Shown: in pieces, positions 54,866 to 64,000 of the stretch
Layout: every line of letters begins with the position of its first letter
How positions within the stretch are numbered: position 1 is the stretch's first letter
DNA from: Heptranchias perlo
Lineage: Eukaryota
NCBI RefSeq assembly: GCF_035084215.1
Contig: NC_090370.1
Location: 26,846,001 to 26,910,000, forward strand
Length of the DNA: 64,000 bases
Reading direction: 5' to 3'
Translations under genes and position numbers: made by a program
The notes under the pieces: generated by a model
Told to the model about the DNA's origin: nothing
Database searches by the model: none
The model's input: only the letters and a program-made list of their open reading frames with translations

Positions 54866-57800
54866 GAATTCAGAAACACCAAGACTGGAACTGAATTTGA
54901 CGATGTTCAGAGTGATCGTGTTTCCAAAACACAAAAGTGTCTAATTTATATGAAAAATACTTTTAAAATTCATTTATTTCCCCCATAAAGTTGAATTTAA
55001 CTCTGTTCCTTTGTATTATTATTTGCCCTGATCTGTACGGTGGATACGGGACTCAATTGCTCGGATTCAGTGAAATTAATTGATTTTCTGAAGGTTTTCC
55101 GTCTGCTGATTCCCGTTCCTTATTTAAATTATGTCTGATTAACCTTTCTGATCGAGAGAAGGGTCATAGTCCTGAACCTTCAACCCGAGCTTCCCTTCTC
55201 CACAGGTGCTGCCGGACCTGCTGAGTCTTTCCAACATTTTCGGTTTTAATTTTTTCTGTATTTTGTCCCTTTCACTTTTGACGGTCGCCGTTGAACCTTC
55301 CAGATTTGCGCTCAGTTTTTATTTGTGCTTCAGTTCGGTTTATTTGAATTAATATAAATCGTGTCCTGAGAAATCAGACAGAAATATTGTGCAATGCAGA
55401 GTGAAATACAATGGGGCAACTTTCGAATGAGCAAAACAAAAACTTTATTATGAATCAATTGTTTTATTTTTCACTGACAAAACATGAAAAAATACGAGAG
55501 TAGAAGTTACAGAGAGAAACTATTTCCTCACATTGCACATTGTCCTGAATCTGTAACAAAGACAGATCATGTGAATTTATTCCACTTTGTTACAGTTCTC
55601 ACTTATGGCCAGTAGGTGTCAGATTGTATGTGAGTGTGAGAGTAATTCTCTGTCTGTCTGTCAGTTTGTGGTACTGTATGTGAGTGTGATATTCATTCTG
55701 TATCCGTCAGTCTCCAGTACAGTCTGTGAGTGTGGGATTCATTCTGTATCTGTCAGTCTCTGGTATTTTATCTCAGTGTGGGATCCATTCTGTAACTCAG
55801 TCTCTGGGCAAAGTGCAAGTCTGGATTCGTTCTGTATTCTTATTTCAGGCGACAGTATGGTGCTTGAAACTGCATCTTTAATTCACTAATGTATGCAAAT
55901 CTTTTGTGTAGTATTAATTTGTAAATATGGATACACTTTTGGATTTTGTTTTAATCAAACAACGTGTGTGAGTTTTGTTGTATGATTGTATCTTAATCTC
56001 TGTGAAGATAATGTTCACTTCAACCTTTTACTGTGAAATTATTGGACTGGTATTTATGGTGTAGCTCAGTCAGTACTAATGGAATTGATATTGTATCTTT
56101 CAGTCTGGCACTGGATGAGATATTTGGACAAGTGTGTAAGGTGTAGCTCAGTCTGTACTAATGGAATTGATATTCTATCTTTCAGTCTGACATGGTGTGA
56201 GATTTTTGGACTGGTGTGTAAGGTGTAGCTCAGTCTGTACTGATGGAATTGACACTCTTTCTTTCTGTCTGACACTGTATGAGATTTTTGGACTGGTGTG
56301 TAAGGTGCAGCTCAGTCTGTACTGATGGAATTGACACTCTTTCTTTCAGTCTGACATGGTGTGAGATTTTTGGACTGGTGTGTAATGTGTGGTTCAGTCT
56401 GTACTAATGGAATTAACACTCTTTCTTTCTGACACTGTATGAGATATTTGGACTGGTGTGTAAGGTGTAGCTCAGTCTGTGCTAATGGAATTGACACTCT
56501 TTCTTTCTGTCTGACACTGTATGAGATTTTTGGACTGGTGTGTAATGTGTGGTTCAGTCTGTACTAATGGAATTAACACTCTTTCTTTCTGACACTGTAT
56601 GAGATATTTGGACTGGTGTGTAAGGTGTAGCTCAGTCTGTGCTAATGGAATTGACACTCTTTCTTTCTGTCTGACACTGTATGAGATTTTTGGACTGGTG
56701 TGTAATGTGTGGTTCAGTCTGTACTAATGGAATTGACATTCCAACATTCAGTCAAACACTGCAAGAGATTTTTGGACTCGTTTGTCATGTGTAGTTTAGT
56801 CTACATTAATAGGATTTATACTGTATGTTTCAGTATGATAATGTATTAGATTTTTGGATGGTATATAATGTGTAGCTCAGTCTGCACGAATGGAATTCAT
56901 ACTGTACCTTTCAATCTGATACAAACCAGCCTAAATATATTACACAGTAAGGTGTCGTTCAGTCTGCACTAATGGAATTGATACTGTATCTTTCAATTTG
57001 TCACTGAATGTGACTTTTGGACTGGTATCTAATGTTTACCTCAGTCTGCACTAATGGGATTGATACTGTATCTTCCAGTCTGATACTGTGTGAGATTTCT
57101 ATACTGGTATGTAACGTGTAGGTCAGTCTGTACTAATCACATCGATAACAAATCTTTCAGTCTGATACTGTACCTGATTTTTGGACAGGTATCTAATGTG
57201 AACCTGTCTGCAGTAAAGGAATTGATACTGTGCCTTTCAGTTTGACACAATGTGATTTTTGGGCAGGTAACTAATGTGTACCTCAGTCTGCACTAATGGG
57301 ATTGATACTGTATCTTCCAGTACGATACTTTATGCGAATTTTGGACTGGTATATAATGTGTAGCTCAATCTGCACTAATGGGGTTGATACTGTATCTTTC
57401 AACCTGGCACTGAGATTTTTGGACTGGTATGTGATGTGTTGCTCAGTCTGCACTAATGGGGTTGATACTGTGTCTTTCAGTCTTATACTGTATGAGACTC
57501 TTGGACTGGTATCTAATGTGTACCTCAGTCTGCAGTGAATGAATTGAAACTGTACATTTCATTCTGACACGATGAAGTTTTTGGACATATATGTGAGTCA
57601 AATATGGGTAACATCTGAACTGGTATCTAATTTGCATCTCAGTGTACAATAGTGTCATGAATACTGCATCTTTAAACTCATAATGTGTGTGAGTTGTGGG
57701 CTGGTATTTAATTTGAATCTTGGAGTACACTATTGTGATTCATTCTGTACCTATCAATCAGTACCATGTGTCAGTTCTATCTGGTATTTAATTTGTAGCT

Positions 57801-58619
57801 AAGGCTGAACTAATGTGAGATTGACACAGTACCTTTCAATCTGATACTGGGTGTGATTTTGGACTGGGAATTATTGATCTGCCGGTCAGCAGTACTGAGT
57901 CGTTGTGAAATGGAAATTACATCTGTCTCTCCTGCTCTGTTTGACTGTTGGATTGGGATCAGTGTGGGACTGACTACTTCCACAGTCTGAGAGTGTGGGA
58001 CTGATCACCTGTCTGTGTCTCTGTGCTCTGTGAGTGATAATGTACTTACTGTGTGTGAGAAGGAGCTGGCTGCACTGACTGCTCCTTGTGGCTCGGGTGG
58101 AGTAAACATCACACTGATTCTGGGTCCTTCAAGGATTTGACTGTCGGAAGAAAAAGATTCTCTTGTAATTCAAGAACAGGTGAAGTAGAAAATACAAAAG
58201 TGATCAATTGAATCTCTCTGTTAATAATCATTGTAATAACCACAAATGAAAACCAGTGATACAAACAGTGTCAGTGTCTGACTCCACTGCAGTTCTGCAG
58301 CTCTCAGCTTCTGCACACCAGGTGTGTTGGGCTGTTTTACAACAATTTAGTGACATCCAGACACAACCCAACCCCTGCACTGATCCATGAATGGGACTAC
58401 CCGATGGGGCGGGGACCTTTGAACATATCAGATTTCTGTTTCCCACTCCCTTGGGACAAACCATTGAACCGAAACAAAACAGACGCTGTTTAAAATGTGT
58501 CCTTCAATCTTCTCACTTGATTTCTGCCATAGATGCTCTTTGTATAACTCCCCGCATCCTTACTGTCCGGCTCTGTTTACTGTTCAATAACAAACACTAA
58601 AGGTTAATGGGCAGGTTTA

Positions 58620-61600
58620 AAAAATCAGATTTAATTGCTGCCACCAATCACAAACACGCTCACACTGCACATTGTCCGGTTTCAGCAATTTGTTCCGATC
58701 TGTTGCAGTTCTGCTTCCGGCCAGTAGATGTCCCCAAACCCCGGGACAGTGAAGTTTGCAGATGAGAGAGGGACAGAACAGAAACTAATTCTTCACATTA
58801 TATTGCACGAGTGGGATTTAGAAAAACTGGGAATGGAGACGAGCTGCAAGTACATTTTGTTAGATCAAACATTAGTTGTAATGCTGTGTTAAATTCTTGT
58901 AGTTGATTTAGGAGGTATAGTTAAACAGAGGAAGCCTGCGGCAAAATTAACTTGCTGAACGGCAGTGCAAATGGCCATTGAATTGCAATATAGAAAGGTT
59001 TGCGATGCTTCATTTCGCGAGAGGGAATAAGGAGGCCACATACTGCTTGGAAAATTACAGTCTAAATGGGATAGAGGAACAATGTAAATCATGACCTGAA
59101 GAATTTGAGAGAAATACTGCGCAATGTACAGTGAAATATAATGGGGCAAATTCACAACTATTGAATGAGTGAAACAAAAACGTTATTATGAATAAATTGT
59201 CTTCATTTTTCAGGATCAAAAAGTGCAAAAATACGAGAGTAAAAGTTACAGACAGAAACTTTCCTCACATTGCACATTGTCCGGCTTCTCCAACCACGAC
59301 AGATAATGTGAATTTGTTCCGCTCTTTTACAGTCTCAGATACTGTATATGAGAGTGGGGTTTATTGTGTATCTGTCTGTCTCTGGTACTGAGTGTGAGCA
59401 TGGGGTATATTCTGCATCTGTCAGTCTTAGCTACAATACAAAAGTGATGGATTCGTTCTGTATCTGTCAGTCTCTGGTGCTTTATGTGAGTGTGGGCATA
59501 ATTCTGTGTCTGTCAGTCTCTGGTACTGTCTGTGTGTGTGGGGGATACATTCTGTATCTGCCATTCTCTGCTACTTTATCTCAGTGAGGGATTCATTCTG
59601 TAATTCAGTCTCTGAGACAATGTGCAATTCTGGATTCATTCTCGATTCTTATTTCAGTTTAGAATATCGTATTTGAAACTATATCTTTACAACTTCAAAG
59701 TATATACAGTTCATTGTCGAGTATTTAATTTGTTAATATGGATCCACTTTTCGATTTTCTTTAATCAAACAATGTGTGTGAGTTTTGGAGTAGTGTTACA
59801 TCTTAATCTCTGAACTCTATTGTGAATGATAATGTACCTTTCAATCTGTTCACGTTGAAATTATGGACTGGTATGTAATGTGTAGTTCAGTCTGCAATAT
59901 TGGGATTAATTCTGTATCTGAGTCTAACACTGTATGAGATTTTTGGACTGGTGAGTAACACATAGCTCAGTCTGTGCAAATGGAATTGATATTGTATCCA
60001 AGAGTCTGATTGGCCAATGAGATTCTTGGACTGTTGTATAATGTGTGGCTCAGTCTGCACTGATGGAATCGATACGGTATCTTTCAGTCCAATATTGTAT
60101 GAGATTGTTGGACTGTTATATAATGTTTAACTCAGACGGTGCGAATAGAATTTAGAGTATATCTTTCAGTCTGATCATTTATTGATTTTTGGACTCGTAT
60201 GTAATATATAGCTCAGTCTGTACCAATGGTATTGAAACTGTTTATTTCAGTATATCACGAGTATTTACCAATATATCGAAAATGTACCTCAGTCTGCACC
60301 AATGGAAATGATACTGTATCTTTCAATCTGACCCTATTCCAGACTTTGGGACTGGAATGTAATGTGAAGCTCAGTCTGCAGTAATGTGACTGTGAGATTC
60401 ATTCTGTATCTTTCAGTCTCTGGTACTGTTTGAGTGTGAGATACATTCTGTATCTGTCAGTCTCAGGTACTGTGTGTGAGTGTGAGATTCATTCTGCATC
60501 TGTCAGTCTCTGGTACTGTTTGTGAGTGTGAGACTCATTCTGTATCTGTCAGTCTCTGGTACTGACTGTGAGCATGGGGTATATTCTGCATTTGTCAGTC
60601 TCAGGGGTACGATACATAAGCAATAGATTTATTCTGTATCTGTCAGTCTCTGGTGCTATATGTGAGTGTGGGATTCATTCTGTATCTGCCATTCTCTGCT
60701 ACTGTATCTCAGTGTGGGATTCATTCTGTAATTCAGTCTCTGAGACAATTTGCCAGTCTGAATTCATTCCATATTCTTATTTCACTTCACAGTATCATAT
60801 TTGAAACTGTATCTTTAATACTTTAAAATATATACAGTTCTTTTTTGAGTATTTAATTTGTAAATAGGGATTACTTTTCGATTTTCTTTAATCAAACAAT
60901 GTGTGTGAGTTTTGGAGTAGGATTACATCTTAATCTCTGAACTCTATTGTGAATGATAATGTACCTTTCAAAATGTTCACAGTGAAATTACTGGACTGGT
61001 ATGTAATGTGTAGTTCAGTCTGCAATAATTGGATTAATTCTCGATCTGAATCTGACACTGTATGAGATGTTTGGACTGGTATGTGATATGTAGCTTATCC
61101 TGCACTAAAGGAATTGATACTGTATCTTTCAGTTTGATACTGTAAGAGATTTTTGGACTGGTGAGCAACATACAGCTCAGTCTGTGTTAATGGATTTGAT
61201 TTTGCATCTTTGAGTCTGATATGGTATGAGATTGTTGGACTGCGATATAATGTGTGGCTCAGTCTGCTCTCTTGGAATCGATTCTGTATCTTTCGGTCTA
61301 ATATTTTATGGGATTTTCAGTCTGGTGTGTAATATACAGCTGAGGCTGAGCAAATAGAATTGAAATTGTATCTTCCAGTCTGAACATTCATGAGGTATTT
61401 GGGCAAGTATGAAATATGGAGCTCAGTCTGTACCAATGGTATTGAGACTGTTTATTTCAGTATAATACTCTATGAGTATTTACCAATATAACTAATATGC
61501 AGATCAGTCTGTGCTAATGGAAATGATAATGTATCTTTCAATCTGATTCTGTGAGATTTTTGGACTGGTACCGAATGTGTAACTCAGCCTGCATTGATGG

Positions 61601-64000
61601 AATTGAGATGGTAACTTTCATTCAGCACCTGTGAGATTTTTGCTCTGGTATGTAATTTGTAACTCAGCCTGCACTAATATAGGTGACGATGAGATTCACT
61701 TTGTATCTCTCAGTCTCTGGTACTGCGTGTGAGTGTGGGATTCATGCTGCATCTGTCACTCCCTGGTACTCGATTTGACTGTGGGATTCATTCTGTTTAC
61801 ACATTCTCTCGTACTGTGTGTGGGTGTTGAATTATTTCCAAATATGCAGTTTCTCATAGTCAATGTTAGGATGGGATTCATTCTGTATCTGTCATTCTCA
61901 GGTACTGTGTGTGAGTGTGGGATTCATTCAGTATCTGTCAGTGTCTGGTACTGTGTGTGAGTGTGGGATTCATTCTGTATCTGTCAGTCTCTGGTACTGT
62001 GTGTGAGTGTGGGATTCATTCTGTGTCTGTCAGTCTCTGATACTGTGTGTGAGTGTGGGATTCATTCTGTATCTGTCAGTCTCTGGTACTGTGTGTGAGA
62101 GTGGGATTCATTCTGTATCTGTCATTCTCAGGTACTGTGTGTGAGTGTGGGATTCATTCAGTATCTGTCAGTGTCTGGTACTGTGTGTGAGTGTGGGATT
62201 CATTCTGTATCTGTCAGTCTCTGGTACTGTGTGTGAGTGTGGGATTCATTCTGTGTCTGCCATTCTCTGCCACTTTATCTCAGTGTGGGATTCATTTTGT
62301 AATTCAGTCTCTGAGACAATTTGCCAGTCTGAATTCAGTTCATATTCTTATTTCAGTTTACAGTATCTTATTTGAAACTGTATCTTTAATACTTTAAAAT
62401 ATATACAGTTCTTTTTCGAGTATTTAATTTGTAAATAGGGATTACTTTTCGATTTTCTTTGATCAAACAATGTGTGTGAGATTTGGAGTAGTATTACATC
62501 TTAATCTCTATTGTGAATGATAATGTACCTTTCAAAATGTTCACAGTGAAATTACTTGACTGGTATGTAATGTGCAGTTCAGTCTGCAATATTTGGATTA
62601 AATCTCTATCTGAGTCTGACACTGTATGAGACTGGTATGTAATATGTAGCTTATCCTGCACTAAAGGAATTGATACTGTATCTATCAGTTTGATACTGTA
62701 AGAGATTTTTGGACTGGAATGTGATGTGTAGCTCAGTCTTCAATAATGGAAGTGATACTTAATCTTTCATTCTGAAACTGTATGAGATTTTTGGACTGGT
62801 GAGTAACATGCAGCTCAGTCTGTGTTAATGGATTTGATTTTGTATCTTTGAGTCTGATATGCTATGAGATTGTTGGACTGCGATATAATGTGTGGCTCAG
62901 TCTGCTCTCTTGGAATCGATTCTGTATCTTTCAGTCCAATATTTTATGAGATTTTCAGTCTGGTGTGTAATATACAGCTGAGGGTGAGCTAATAGAATTG
63001 AAATTGTATCTTCCAGTCTGAACATTTATGAGGTTTTTGGGCTAGTATTTAATGTATAGCTCAGTCTGTACCACTGGTATTGAGACTGTTTATTTCAGTA
63101 TAATACTCTGAGTATTTACCAATATAACTAATATGCAGATCAGTCTGCGCAAATGGAAATGATAATGTATCTTTCAATCTGACTCTGTGAGATTTTTGGA
63201 CTGGTACCGAATGTGTAACTAAGCCTGCATTGATGGAATTGAGATGGTAACTTTCAATCAGCAACTTTGAGATTTTTGCTCTGGTATGCAATTTGTGACA
63301 CAGCCTGCACTAATGCAGGTGACGATGAGATTCACTTTGTATCTCTCAGTCTCTGGTACTGCGTGTGAGTGTGGGATTCACGCTGCATCTGTCACTCCCT
63401 GGCACTCGATTTGACTGTGGGATTCATTCTGTTTATACATTCTCTCGTACTGTGTGTGGGTGTTGAATTATTTCCATATATGCAGTTTCTCATAGTCTAT
63501 GTTAGGATGGGATTCATTCTTTATCTGTCATTCTCTGGTACTGTATGTGAGTGTGGGATTCATTCTGTATCTGTCAGTCTCTGATACTGTGTGTGAGTGT
63601 GGGATTCATTCTGTATCTGTCAGTCTCTGATACTGTATGTGAGTGTGGGATTCATTCTGTATCTGTCAGTCCCTGGTACTTTGTGTGAGTGTGGGATTCA
63701 TTCTGTATCTGTCAGTCTCTGGTACTGTGTGTGAGTGTGGGATTCATTCTGTATCTGTCAGTGTCTGGTGCTGTGTGTGAGTGTGGGATTCATTCTGTAT
63801 CTGTCAGTCTCTGATACTGTGTGTGAGTGTGGGATTCATTCTGCATCTGTCAGTCTCTGGTACTGTGTGTGAGTGTGGGATTCATTCTGTATCTGTCAGT
63901 CGCTGGAACTGTGTGTGAGTGTGGGATTCATTCCGTATCTGTCAGTCTCTGATTCTGTATCTGTCAGTCTCTGATACTGTGTGTGAGTGTGGGATTCATT
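58620..64000 (-). repeat. Inverted paralog of ~45600-49390 with internal tandem duplications and 46-/81-bp minisatellites
   Basis: 58640-59330 mirrors 48690-49380; ORFs at 61733 and 63369 are near-identical (offset 1636); regular 46-bp array 63530-64000. Confidence 0.88.

Noticed and set aside
55587-63584. Many Cys/Val/Ser-rich short ORFs
   Set aside because: Derived from the 46- and 81-bp minisatellites

Overview
Eukaryotic (vertebrate) genomic DNA, most likely from a cartilaginous fish; the taxon is inferred from the style of the CR1/Penelope repeats, the C2H2-ZNF exon and the histone sequences. No prokaryotic genes or CRISPR arrays are present. (1) 1-12.1 kb is a homogeneous, CpG-rich 43-bp satellite (~280 units) with higher-order block duplications. 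It runs in frame into a decayed retrovirus-type reverse-transcriptase fragment, and the unit itself translates to an RT motif-A-like peptide (YSVRDISNG). (2) 12.8-26 kb is a TE graveyard: CR1 LINE pieces, a Harbinger element with nested LINEs, a Buster/Charlie hAT transposase pseudogene, a decayed C2H2 zinc-finger gene and tRNA-Gly(TCC). (3) 26-53 kb is a replication-dependent histone cluster: an H2A pseudogene; an H2B/H2A/H3/H4/H1 quintet; a truncated H2B; and a second, inverted H2A/H2B pair. The genes have 3' stem-loops and shared promoter elements. Most copies carry unusual substitutions or lesions. (4) Penelope retroelements with hammerhead-ribozyme motifs and target-site duplications. (5) Multi-kb direct and inverted segmental duplications containing 46-bp and ~81-bp minisatellites. 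All alignments and family assignments were made by eye, and TE boundaries are approximate.
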